39,753 nucleotides of DNA, taken from Craspedostauros australis (taxonomy: Eukaryota). A program made the position numbers and the translations under genes. Below, one piece after another: positions 1 through 11,459 of the stretch. The notes beneath the pieces were generated by a model, which saw only the letters and a program-made list of their open reading frames with translations, searched no databases and was not told the origin of the DNA. Within the stretch, counting starts at the first letter, position 1, and each line of letters begins with the position of its first letter. The stretch is from the NCBI GenBank assembly GCA_030167865.1, contig JALAGF010001698.1, positions 1 to 39,753 on the forward strand. Direction: 5' to 3'.

Positions 1-1391
1 ATCCATGCGCACGTCGCGGCACCTGTCCCCACCCATCTGCCACCTGTCCCCACCAATCCGCCACCAACCCCCAGACCTGCATACAACGCGGCGAGCATGA
101 TGACTGTTGCTCCTCCTGAGCCCTCGTCTGTTCCTGTGGCTTCTCCTGCTGCTGTTCGTCNNNNNNNNNNNNNNNNNNNNNNNNNNNNNNNNNNNNNNNN
201 NNNNNNNNNNNNNNNNNNNNNNNNNNNNNNNNNNNNNNNNNNNNNNNNNNNNNNNNNNNNNNNNNNNNNNNNNNNNNNNNNNNNNNNNNNNNNNNNNNNN
301 NNNNNNNNNNNNNNNNNNNNNNNNNNNGAAGTTACTTTCGAGTTGCCAGGTGGGACTTGCTACGGCGACGTCAAAGCGTCGATCAAGGAGCAAGGACGCG
401 TTTTGGAGGTGGGGTTGAAGCAGAACCATGAACTCGGATCCACTGCAGCTACGGACAAGGAGCTGCTTGACCGCCTGAACGAGAAGCTGCCTATACACTT
501 CAACATGCGTTCTTTTCAGGGACAACGCGAGCGGGGCGAGTCGTACGCGCTTGCTGTTCGCAGGATGTGTCGCGGACACCCCCAACCCTACCGCATTCAC
601 AGGGAGATTCTCCCCATCCAAGTGAGTGATCGTTTTGAGATGACCACAGATCATGCGATGCANNNNNNNNNNNNNNNNNNNNNNNNNNNNNNNNNNNNNN
701 NNNNNNNNNNNNNNNNNNNNNNNNNNNNNNNNNNNTTGATTGTTCGGTTGGTACCGGTGTACTCCGCGAATCCAGTGGTGCACAGTGCCACCAACTTGGC
801 ACGCTACGGGCGCAAGGCGGTGAATAAAACAACTAAGCATTCCGCAGGCATTACAATGGATGGGGATGATTACTCCTCGCTTGGGGAGGACGAAGTCACA
901 TTTGTTCCGTCCTCTGCTGCTCGTCCACCGATTCCACAAGGCCGCCGAGGAACCGGATTCGGAGAATGCTACGAGGTAAGCCCCATCGATGCCACACTCG
1001 CCTCTTGCGCATGACATCAACTTGCACACTCACACCTGCTTTCTTTTTGTTTCCGATTGGCCAGTCTGCTCCTNNNNNNNNNNNNNNNNNNNNNNNNNNN
1101 NNNNNNNNNNNNNNNNNNNNNNNNNNNNNNNNNNNNNNNNNNNGTGCTCCCCGTGCCATGGCATGCCGTTCCAGCCCAGCGGCTGTTCCTCCTGTCCCCG
1201 TCTCGGTTGTGGTGCCGCCTCCTGTCCCCTCCTGTGCCCGCGCACCGCGCATCGCTAAAACGAAGCGTAGAAAGCGTGAGACTGTGTTGATCGACCTCCA
1301 CATGGACAGCGATAGCGACAGCGATTTCGAAGCCACACCAGCACCTGCGAACTTGAAAAAGGGCGATGACGACAGCACAGAGACCGAGTGA
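1..1391 (+). CDS. Element-encoded protein, copy 1, partial (exon <1-975, intron 976-1064, exon 1065-1391)
   Basis: GTAAGC donor at 976 after GECYE, pyrimidine tract and CCAG acceptor at 1064. The phase-0 splice joins ORF 97..1014 to ORF 966..1391 in frame, with the same structure as copy 2. Confidence 0.7.
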
Positions 1392-1592
1392 GACTATCCC
1401 GACCACCCCTCAACACACGAACAAGAATAACACTATTAACGAATAACTCTAATCACCATGATCACACTAGGACGATTTGTTGTCTACGGTAGTACCTTCT
1501 AGATAGTCTAATTTGTTGCAACGGATTACTTGGACTACTATCGGAGTCCCATCGGCAAACCGACCAATATATGGTCTTTACCGCGGTTCCCA
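1..1592 (+). mobile_element. Interspersed element, copy 1 (5'-truncated by the window start); inverted copy of 36728-~38295
   Basis: Direct alignment with the reverse complement of 36728-38295. Similarity ends abruptly after ...TTTACCGCGGTTCCCA (1592), with different flanks in the two copies. Contains three N runs (161-327, 663-735, 1074-1143). Confidence 0.85.
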
Positions 1593-3358
1593 GGATAATA
1601 AACCGCCAACGGAAGCGCAAAACCACGAGCAACGTTCGTCTGATCGTTGTGTGCATGATCTATCCGCGACATCGTTGGTCCATCTCACACAACGAGGCAG
1701 GCGCGTTGGAGAGGAGAGGCAGTGGGATTCGTCGGTGGGTGGATGCTGTGGCGGAGACTGGTTCTCACGCTATCATCCTTACTCCTGTACCATACGACCA
1801 CTCGTACGCCTGCTGGAGTTGCACAGAAGTTCTGCTTCACGCTCCTCCACGTGGACTATGAGCTCACAGGATATGCTGTGCAAATCCAATCAACCAAATT
1901 CCTGTGATGGTTCCATTCATCCCTGTCTGGTCATCTCCTCTGCAAGTACGTCGTTTTGTACACGGTGCGGAGTACCATTGGTAGCCTCAGATGAAGTGCA
2001 TCTCTCTCTCTCTTTCTCCAGATTTGATAGAAACCGACGAGCCAAAAGAAGAGATAGAGAGAGATACAAGCAGGCAGCAACACTCACTCCTCTTCTTCGC
2101 CATCACACAAAGCAAAGCACTCATTTCCATTGGGAATGGACAGAGTTTTCTCCCCTTGATTACAGTTGTAATGGCCAAGTTTGCAAACATGGGAGTATTG
2201 GTGCAATCGTGTGGAGTGCCCCATCAACCTCCTCAACGCCCTCAGCCCCAATGCCACAACGCTTCGTGAATGTTTGCCAAAGACGTGAATGTTCCTCCAT
2301 CCGACACATCCCCATGCCAAACGCAAACGCAACATCGCTGAAGGAGACGGACAACATCACTTGCCACGCCGTTGAAGTTGTGATGGCGACAACATGTGCC
2401 TGCCTTTCGGTTGGACGGACAATGGATCGTGTGGAAGCAATTCGTCTAGCTTCGACTTGTTTGGCCCATCATTTGTTTTTTGCGATGCGCGCTCGCTTGA
2501 TTTTACGCGCCGACGTGATCAACAAATTGTGACAAAGACGTTAAATAATGGTTATTTCGGACAACAGAATTGGTGGAAATTTCGGTAACGAAGTCGTGTG
2601 GACCGCCACGGCAAACGGAGGAATTGACGTGAACGAGAAATTTGGCTCGTTGTTGTCTGTGGTTGGGATTCGGATGGTTGTCGTTGTTGTTGTTCGTTGT
2701 TGTTTGTTGCTCATCTGTTGGCGGTGTTGTGTTGTGTTGTGCTTGTGTTGTGTTTTTTTGCGCGCCATGAGATCATCCCTTGTTGTGTTGGTGTTGGTGT
2801 TGGTGTTGGTGGCGAACATCATTCTCAAAGAAACAACATCGAGCCAGATCATCTGTGGGAGACTCTCTGACAGTGCATATTAGTGACCAACAAGAGAAGC
2901 AACGAAGCAAGGAAGCAACCAACTGCATCCCACACATACTCAACATACTCTAGATTCCCATCGCAGAAGTCCACGCTCTGATCTATTGCTTCGATCGCCA
3001 CGTAAGGATCGAAGCAAAGAGAGAAAGAGAGAACCAGAGTTCAAGCTTTCTTGTGTGCATTGTATTCATCAACGATAGTATTTCACTATATCTTCGTTCC
3101 TTGCTACGTTGCCATCGTATTATATATCTATAATACATACTGGTGCGAAAGCAAACGCTCAAGACAAGCAAAGACAGGACAAGGCAAGACAAGACCTCAT
3201 CGCGACTCTTGTTGTTGGCATCACATCAGAGGATCACTGCGGACCGACGCAAACAAGAACCCCAAGAGAACTGCCGAAGCTTGGATTGGTTGTCACGTTG
3301 GCAATCTCACAACCACAAATCGCGCCATTTCCGAGGCTGCGATCGTGTCACGTGGATC

Positions 3359-3415
3359 CTCGTACAGTGAGGCTCCTACAAGTGAGGTTCCTACAGTGAG
3401 ACTCGTACAGTGAAG
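3359..3415. repeat. 4 x ~14-bp tandem repeat (CTCGTACAGTGAGG-like), ~200 bp upstream of the ATG at 3613
   Basis: Units ctcgtacagtgagg / ctcctacaagtgagg / ttcctacagtgaga / ctcgtacagtgaag read directly. Confidence 0.85.
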
Positions 3416-3612
3416 ACCCTCCGCGAGTATAGTACTGTGCATCATCAACACGTTGCTTGCGCTTGGATCGTCAGGATAGCAAACATCGCCAACAACGCAG
3501 CAAGGCCATCCATCTGCCAATCAGCTGCCTTCTCAACAGACCTTCTCATTTTGCAATTGAAGCTGCAACCCCTTCGGCCACAACCACAGATCAACAGCAA
3601 CAGACCACCAAG

Positions 3613-6600
3613 ATGGGAGCCTGCGGTTCGAAGGTCGTGACGGAGGACCTCATCAACGATCCCGAGAAGATCAACCGCGTGCACAGCGAACATCAGGATA
3701 TCGTAAGTCTTTCGCGACGCCACACTATTGTCTGCTTTGAACATAATATATGCATGGTATGGTATGCTATGCTATGGTATGGTAGTGTACGAGTAGACCG
3801 TCTGTTCTGCTCTGCACTGCTCTGCTCTGTATGGTGGCATCCCTTGTACTCACCCACTCAATCACCCATTCATCTCAAACATCCTATTCTCCTCGTTTCA
3901 TCATATCGTATCGTATCATATCATCGAATACCACACAACACACACAGGACGAAGCGGAACTCCAAAAACACCTCGCCAACCTCAACGCGTACGCCAAGAC
4001 GAGCAACCGGCGATCACGCAGGAAGAAGAAACGATCGGCGCGCAAGCGATCGCTCGCGGATCAGCTGCAGGAAAGCAGCGAGAGCAGCTGCGCCGGTTCC
4101 GTCTTGCCGTATGCCGAATCGGATGACTACTCGGATGGGATCTGCGCCCCACTCGGGATGAAGACGACGGGCAATGTCGTCTTCTTGGCGCCCACGCCGG
4201 AGTCGTCCAAGAGCGAGGATCACAACGAGCGGGAGGAGATCTACGATATTGGGGATCACAACCAACTGGAGGCGATCTATGATATGGGGGATCACAACAG
4301 TATCTGCGAGGAGAGTGTGGCGCGGACTCTCAGTCAGGATACCTTGGATGATGAAGGTGTGGAAGTTGACGATGAACGCAATAAGAACGATGGCAACAAC
4401 GACGATGATGGTGATGCTGCCGCTGCTGGCGAAGAAGAAGGTATTGAGGTCGAACATGAGCGCAAGACTAGTGTCGAAGAGAGTGTCGAACCAAAGGATG
4501 AACAAAACAAAGACAATGTTGAGGAAGAAGGCATCGAAGTCGAAGATCAACGCAAGGCTAGTGTTCAAGATAGTGTCGAACCTCAGGAGGAGCAAACCAA
4601 ACACAACGCTGAGGAAAAAGGTATTGAGGTTCAGGATGAGCGCAACAAGGACAGCACGAGTACCGAAGAGGGGATTGAAGTACAAGACGAGGGCAGGGAT
4701 ACTATCGGCGAAGGCATCGAGGTCCGCAACGAGAGCAAGCGAAGTCTTTGCGACAGCATTCATATTCAGGATGTGGCGAACAGCACCAGCGAGGGCATCG
4801 AAGTTCGCGGAAGGAGAAGCAACAGCAGCGATAGCAATAGCGACAGCAACGGCAACAGCCGTAACATTCGCATCCATCATCAGAACAGCAGCGCCAGTAG
4901 CACCATCAGCAGGCCCAATCGCAAGAGCGGCGATGCGCATCGCGACAAGCAAACAGAGATGGAAGGCAGCGACAACTCACAAACGTCTCCCAGCACAGCG
5001 CCAACCGTCGCAACGCCCACCTCCAGGATAGAGGACCTGGAATCGTCCGCCTCGACGGTGGGATTCAACAACACCGCCAACACGGTCGCCAGCACCGGCA
5101 CCGTCATATCAAGTGTTCTGGCGATGCCAGGCGCCAACCCGCTCACGGAGGTCAACGCGGCATCCTACCCCCTGCCTTCCTTGCAGTCAGGCGAGTCGTC
5201 TGGCAGAGCGTTTGGCAAGTACATTCGCAGTTCCTCCACGGAGTATGATGAATTCACCTGCACTTCCGTGGAGGAAGAGGCCACTCTCAACACCGCCAGC
5301 GGCGATGGTTATGCCACCAACGAAACCTCCCTTTACGAAGAGATGACGGTCGACAGCAGGAGTTTCACCGAGTACACGATACAAGAGGAAACCGTCGTGG
5401 ATCCCACGGAGGGCAACGATTCTACCGATGTCGATACCGACATGAAGAGTGATGACGGCAACAGTGACGACCATGATGACAGTGTTGACGACCATGCTGG
5501 CAGTGATGAGAATAACACCGATGCGGATGCGGTTGTGGATGAAGAGGAAATCTTCGAGGAGACGGTGGCATCCACGCCACCCGTCAAATCAAATGAGGTG
5601 TTCATTGAGGTTGGAGAAAACGTTGAGAACATCGCATTTGATTGGAGTGGCGTGCCCGAGTTGACATCTCCCGTCAGCCCCTTGACGACCTACTCGCACG
5701 CGCAGCCGCAAGCGAAATCGCAACAACAGCAGCAGCAGATGTCTGCGTTGCACGCCAAACCACCGCCCGGAATTCATCGCACGATCCCGCTGCGGGACAC
5801 GTTGCCCAAACAGGGACGTACCCGCAACAACATCCCGTGGCTCAACGGTCAGCAGCACCGGTTACTGGGCGAGACGAGCTTTGACACTTCGGCGAGCGTC
5901 GAAAGTGGATTCAGCGAGTTGACTCCGCTCACTGCTGCGCAAACGGACCAACCATCGGTCCGCACGTTCATCAGCGCGAGCGCGCACGTCAACACGATTC
6001 CAATGCCAACACCACAGCGCACCATGTTGCCTCCTTCGCTCATGGAGACGGTCCATTCTTCCAGCGCTTCCGTGTCCGTGTACGAGGAGTACACCATTGC
6101 GGACACTTGCAGCGTGTACGAGGTCGTGACAGTGGCGGGTCGCGACGAGCAGATCCTGCGCGTGGCGGATTTGGACTTTGGTGGTTTGGGTGGCAAGAAC
6201 AACAGCGATGACAACGACGACGACGAATTAACCGTGGACAATAAGAGTCTGCCGGAGCATGATCACATGCAGTTCGATCTGTCGTTGCTCAAGGTCCGAT
6301 CACAGCCAGGAATCACTGACGATTCACAAAGGATAGAGGAGAAAGCGAACGAGGAAATGAAGGCAGCTGATGGCGGCAAAGAGGAGGACAAGCAGCAAGT
6401 GGAGGTGGCTGTGCAAGAAGTGAAGGCAGATGTCAGTGACAGTGGCAAGGAGAAGCCAGAAGCTCAAGCGGAAACTCGAGCAGAAACTCCGCAGCAAGCG
6501 CCAGCAGCCGAAGAAGTGCAAGAGAAAGCTTCCAAGCGCAAATCCAAGAAGGCATCGAAGTGGAAGGACCGAGTCGCGAAGGCGCGGCAACGTCGAGCCA

Positions 6601-7325
6601 GCGTCGTCAACAGCGTGAACTCCAAGGACCGACTTGGGGAGACCGAAACGAATGTCAAAGAGGACGAGGAACTCCCAGCGACTTCGAACCATTGTCAAGT
6701 CGAGGCGAACGCGAATGCGAGCGTCAACGCAGTTGCGGATAGCCAAGATGAAGACAAGACCGCGCAGGAAGAAGCACCCTCCGATGTGCCTCCCTGCGCC
6801 ACGGCGACCGCCGCAGATGACGTCGATGCTTCGGAACCCAAGAAGGATGACATCGCAGACACACCATCAACAACAGAAGCAGAGGAGAAAGAGAAGGATA
6901 CGCAAGGACTCGTGCCTTTGTCCGCAAATCAGGTGGTGGCGTCCACGCTGCAAACTCTTCCAGGGACGGAAGTCGTGGATAGCAAGCCGATGATCTGGTC
7001 GACCGTCTCGAAGTCGCTGACGCACGAGGAAGGCGAGACCGAAGACGAGATGGACGAGGCCGTCGACGATCTGATCGGCGTCCTGCTCCAAAAGGCGCAG
7101 GCTCGCCTTCTGAAGAAGACGCTGAAGGTCGACTGCAACGTCGTCCTGGGCGTGACCACCACCATCGCCACCGACGGGCGTGTCGAAGAATCATCGGCGC
7201 AAGGCAAGACCAAGACGATCATCGTGACGCTGTCGGGCACGCCCTGCCGTGTCATGCCGACGGCGGACGCAGCGCCGGTCCGTGTCGAAGCCATTCCCGT
7301 GTCGCCACCACGCATGTCGACGTAG
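3613..7325 (+). CDS. Large acidic, low-complexity protein (~1155 aa) with N-terminal MGACGSK acylation motif; exons 3613-3702 and 3948-7325
   Basis: ATG at 3613, GTAAGT donor at 3703 and CAG acceptor at 3947 (phase 0) join into ORF 3831..7325. Internal EEEGIEVxDER repeats and YEEYTI/V-type repeats. Confidence 0.8.
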
Positions 7326-7779
7326 ATGCGGATGGCGTGAGATGGCGCAGCAGTTTGCATGAGCGTGGAAAATATTATTACAATGGTTAGAGAATCCGAT
7401 AATGAGCATGATAGAGAGAGCCAGGGCTAACGGCATCGAGAAATTGCATCCCGATACATTCGTGAATGGGTTCGTGACTGGAATGTTCGCTTTGGCGAGG
7501 CAATTGTGTTGTGTGTTGTCGTTTCTTGTCATCGCGTTCGCGTTGTTCGACACACAAGGAATCGGTTGGACACGACGCGACCCTGCGAATAGTCGTACGT
7601 ACTCCACCATTGCATGATCCACCAACATACCTACGACTACGAGTATTGTTGATGCAACAGCGGGTGTCGATGTCGGAGAGGAATGAGAGCGGCTTCTTGG
7701 ATATTACCTATGCAAGTTGTGTCTTGGGTGGCTTGAGTTGACGTGATCGGAACGGATGCATAAAAGGATGGATGAATGA

Positions 7780-10224
7780 ATGATGCTTCAAGTCAGCGCC
7801 CAGGATAGAATACGAGGTATGCAGAACAACGGCAGTACGAGAGCGGCCAGCATGGGGCCTTCCTCATCGCAGCTCAACCCCCACTCCGACTCCACGAAGC
7901 CAATCGGGCGACATGCGCGCAGATTTCTTATCAGGAAGTCCACCATCATCAATCTGCTGGTCGTAGTGGGTGTCTCCTTCGTCATCTTCTCATTCATGGT
8001 GGTTCGAGAATTGGAACGTCGCACGCTTCCATTCGATCAGCCCATCATTGGTGGCCAATCGACGCAACCACAGAAGAAGAGGAAGAGGAGGGTGCAGCAC
8101 AAACCACACGACCCTACGTTCCTGGCATTGGACAAAACCACTTTCGATCGCAACCTCATCTCTCATTTCCAGTCCATGCAACATTGCAACGAGAATGCAG
8201 CGCACACGCTCGCATTCATCGTGCCGTACCACAATGCCTCGGATGATTGGTTGCATCGCATGCGCGACATGCTGCCAACCGACATCATTCAGAATTCGTA
8301 CGTCTTCATCGTGCAGCAGTCGAAGGGGACCATGAATCCAGGATTCCTGTACAATGTTGGGTTCGATTACGTGTACGGGAGCAAGCTGTATCAGCAGCAT
8401 CTTCTTCAACGCAGACGGAAGGCAGCAAAGCCATCACGAGGATGTCAACCGACCACACCCTCGTTTGATTACGTCGTACTTCATGACGGCCTCGCATTGC
8501 CACGCGCGGCAGAAGCGACCACGTTCTATGCCTACAGACCCAAGCCGACCATTCTTCGACTCGATTCTGATCCATCGTCACGCAGTGCATTGATATCGAT
8601 CACTTCCAAGGACTTCGCAACGATCAATGGTTACAGCGCCACCCTACTCTCGGTCACCAGCGCCACAGCGGATGCTCAGTATGCTGATTTCGCCAAGCGC
8701 GTGGAGATGCGATTGCATCACACCATCGAAACCTTCGGCGGCAATCCAACTTCTCCACAGCGGCACGAGGCTGTCGACAAGCGCATGCAAGTCGTTGCCT
8801 CCGGACTCACGACGACACGTTACAGCATCCTGAACGAAACTTTCTCCTCGTTGCGGGGATGGAATATCACGCAGTTGGTGGTGCAGAAGGCAGTGGAACA
8901 CAAGGCGGCGGGACGGAAGAGAAAGGCACACAAGGCAATGGGACACAAGACAGTGGCACAGAAGGCAGAGGAACACGACACAGTGGAATACAAGACAGTG
9001 GCACGGAAGAGCAAGGCACACCAGATGATCCATCACGGCGTTGCACCCGACATTGTCAGCACCGTGAAGCGCAAACTGTCCTGCGATCAGACCTTTGGAG
9101 TTGATTCGATCCATTTGATTGCGGCGCATGACAAAGACGACTCGCAGCGATGCATCCAACATGAGTACCTCGGATGGACGTCGTGTCAGTTAGGAACGAT
9201 CATTTTGTATCTGGACAGGATCACAGGCAGTATGGGCGGGGAAGACGTGAATGCCGTGTTGGGACGTGCGGAAAATGAAGAGAGGCTGTTGTTCAAGCCG
9301 GGTGCGATCCAATTGTCACGTCCAATCCCAACGCCGTACACGCGCATGGCATTGACGGGACTTGCCAGCCAATTTCTGTCTGCAGCAGAGGTTATCAACA
9401 CCGCCGCTTCGCAGTTGCAGCACTCTGACAAGAAGGACGAGACCATCCACCTCCTCATTGACCGCGGTGATTACGCCAACCCGTGCATGTCGATGACGAA
9501 GATGTACAACGTGTTCTTGGTCCTGTCGCAGATGGATCTTCTGCACGCGCAACACCACGTGCACTTCCTGGACGGATACGCGCACACGTCGCTGGATGAT
9601 CTGTGGACGGTGCTGTTCACCAACGCGACGCATCTGAAGCAATCCGAACAGCACGTGCTGCACAACGCCATCCTCGTCGACACGGCCTCGACGTTGGGCG
9701 ATGAAGGCGTCCGCCGCCTGCGATGGGACACTAGCTGCAACGGCACGCAATCCACGGTGCGCGCCTTTCGCGATTTCGTGCTGGACAAGCTGAATTTGAC
9801 GCGCTCCCAATCCAGCCAGCAACTGACGTTGTTGACGCGCCGCGATTACATCGGCCACCCACGCAGCGACGGCATCACGGACCGCAAATTGGCCAACGTC
9901 ACTGCCGACGCCGCGTATCTGCGGTCGTTGTATCCGCAGCTCAATATGAACATCGTCCGCTTCGAGACGATGCCCGTGCGCGAGCAGATCCGCGTCATGA
10001 CCCAGACGCACGTCTTCATCGGCGTGCATGGCGCCGGCAACGTGTTTAGCATGTTCCTGCCCGACGACGCGACGTTCGTGGAGTACTTTCCGCCGCAATT
10101 CTGGTCGCGTGTCCGGTTTGAAATGATTGCGCATGCTTTGGGCATTGAGTACGTGAAGCGGCGAGCCACCGTTGTCGAGCGGTTGTCGAAGAATCGGGTG
10201 ACTGTGCGATTGCGGGCGGGTTGA
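7780..10224 (+). CDS. Type II membrane glycosyltransferase: degenerate GT7 (beta-1,4-galactosyltransferase-like) domain plus C-terminal GT61 (DUF563/EOGT-like) domain
   Basis: 814-aa ORF with TM segment IINLLVVVGVSFVIFSFMVV. GT7-like motifs LAFIVPY, YVFIVQQ, LYNVGFDY, FDYVVLHD, FATINGYS. GT61 motif EQIRVM..THVFIGVHGAGNVFSMFLP..ATFVE. The true start could be 7780, 7819 or 7852. Confidence 0.8.
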   Translation: MMLQVSAQDRIRGMQNNGSTRAASMGPSSSQLNPHSDSTKPIGRHARRFLIRKSTIINLLVVVGVSFVIFSFMVVRELERRTLPFDQPIIGGQSTQPQKKRKRRVQHKPHDPTFLALDKTTFDRNLISHFQSMQHCNENAAHTLAFIVPYHNASDDWLHRMRDMLPTDIIQNSYVFIVQQSKGTMNPGFLYNVGFDYVYGSKLYQQHLLQRRRKAAKPSRGCQPTTPSFDYVVLHDGLALPRAAEATTFYAYRPKPTILRLDSDPSSRSALISITSKDFATINGYSATLLSVTSATADAQYADFAKRVEMRLHHTIETFGGNPTSPQRHEAVDKRMQVVASGLTTTRYSILNETFSSLRGWNITQLVVQKAVEHKAAGRKRKAHKAMGHKTVAQKAEEHDTVEYKTVARKSKAHQMIHHGVAPDIVSTVKRKLSCDQTFGVDSIHLIAAHDKDDSQRCIQHEYLGWTSCQLGTIILYLDRITGSMGGEDVNAVLGRAENEERLLFKPGAIQLSRPIPTPYTRMALTGLASQFLSAAEVINTAASQLQHSDKKDETIHLLIDRGDYANPCMSMTKMYNVFLVLSQMDLLHAQHHVHFLDGYAHTSLDDLWTVLFTNATHLKQSEQHVLHNAILVDTASTLGDEGVRRLRWDTSCNGTQSTVRAFRDFVLDKLNLTRSQSSQQLTLLTRRDYIGHPRSDGITDRKLANVTADAAYLRSLYPQLNMNIVRFETMPVREQIRVMTQTHVFIGVHGAGNVFSMFLPDDATFVEYFPPQFWSRVRFEMIAHALGIEYVKRRATVVERLSKNRVTVRLRAG

Positions 10225-11393
10225 GTGGGTAGGTGAATAGGTGATGGATGAATGATGGTAGAGCATTGGTAGAGTAATGGGGATAGCAGAGTATGGTCAT
10301 AACGGTCCCAACAAGCAGTATGTAGGTCGCAGCATAGAGCCTTCATCACGCTTCGTCACGAGTCGAGAAAAGGTATCTTTGTTGGAGGCGATAGGAACAG
10401 TTTCGGCTGTTCGTCTGTCCGTGTGATTGGGAGTGCCGTGAACCTCCACAAACTCAACGTACCAAAACTGGAGCCACACACGACTCCTCTATTCTCACCA
10501 GGCAACAACGCACGAGAATGTTACATCATCACCGCCACCAAGAGGAACGACCAGTCGCACACCAAACTGCATGCATTGTCGGCATCATCCCATTCCGACA
10601 AGCGCGCGAGAGACAGAGAGGGAGGAACTCTGTGTGGTGGAACAACGAGGCGAGATCACAACGCGACGTGTCGAGAGAGACGAAGAAGCCATTCATCTCC
10701 ATTCATCCATTGATCTATTCATCTATCCGCAGCATCAGCAACAATAACAGCAACAACAACAACAGCAACAACAACGATCTCCTACCAACGAGTCGAAGAG
10801 AGAGATTCGACGTGGCGCAAAGGGGCGCAAAGAGGCAACACGAACGGCCAAGCAAACAAGAGGGCAACCAAGAAAAGAAGAAAGAAGACGGCAAAAACCA
10901 GTTCCTCCCTTCCCATCAGTTTTTCGTTGGCGCGCACCAGAGAGTCATTCATCCTTTATCTCTGTTGTTCCTGCGACAAATCAGTGGGAGTCCGAGTCCT
11001 CTTGGAGACACAAACACAGAAACAGGGAGACAGATCGTTCTTGGGCCAATTCAGATCGATCACTTCTTGGCTTGTCATTCGCAACAGTCACTCTCATAGA
11101 CGCAGACATAGACGCAGATATAGACACACACGCATACACGCATACATACACATACACACATACACAGGCAGAAAGGCATTCAGAGACCAGTGACGACAAC
11201 AGCAATAGTCGCAACAATCAACAGACGAAAGATCACGAAAGAAAGCACCACGACTGCGAAAACGGAAGACCGCATCACCAGCAATCACCATCAGCGTCAG
11301 CATCAGGAGCAGCGTCAGGAGCAGCTGAGAATTGATCGTTGCACAGTGATTGCTCAGTGACCACTTGTCTTCGCAGTTGTGAAGAGAGATTGC

Positions 11394-11441
11394 TTCATTG
11401 ACTGGTTCATTGACTGATTCATTGACTGATTCATTGACTGA
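11394..11441. repeat. 4 x 12-bp tandem repeat TTCATTGACTG(A/G) just upstream of the ATG at 11460
   Basis: Read directly; three perfect units and one with a single mismatch. Confidence 0.9.
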
Positions 11442-11459
11442 TTGATCATATCAGACACA

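Noticed and set aside
161-1143. N runs as real deletions or disruptions in copy 1
   Set aside because: Their lengths (167, 73, 70) match the corresponding copy-2 segments (167, 73, 73), so they are assembly or masking placeholders that keep frame.
1540-1592. Helitron 3' end or LTR end
   Set aside because: Hairpins are present but the terminus is not CTRR. The CA end alone is insufficient for an LTR, as no direct LTR pair, PBS/PPT or gag-pol is seen.
1513-2532. 339-aa ORF
   Set aside because: It starts with TTG inside the element end, crosses the insertion boundary and a CT microsatellite, and has no recognisable motif.
9316-10266. Long antisense and alternate-frame ORFs (also 12424..13764, 19231..20250, 30913..31962, 4014..4952)
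   Set aside because: These are shadows of GC3-rich real genes on the other strand or frame.
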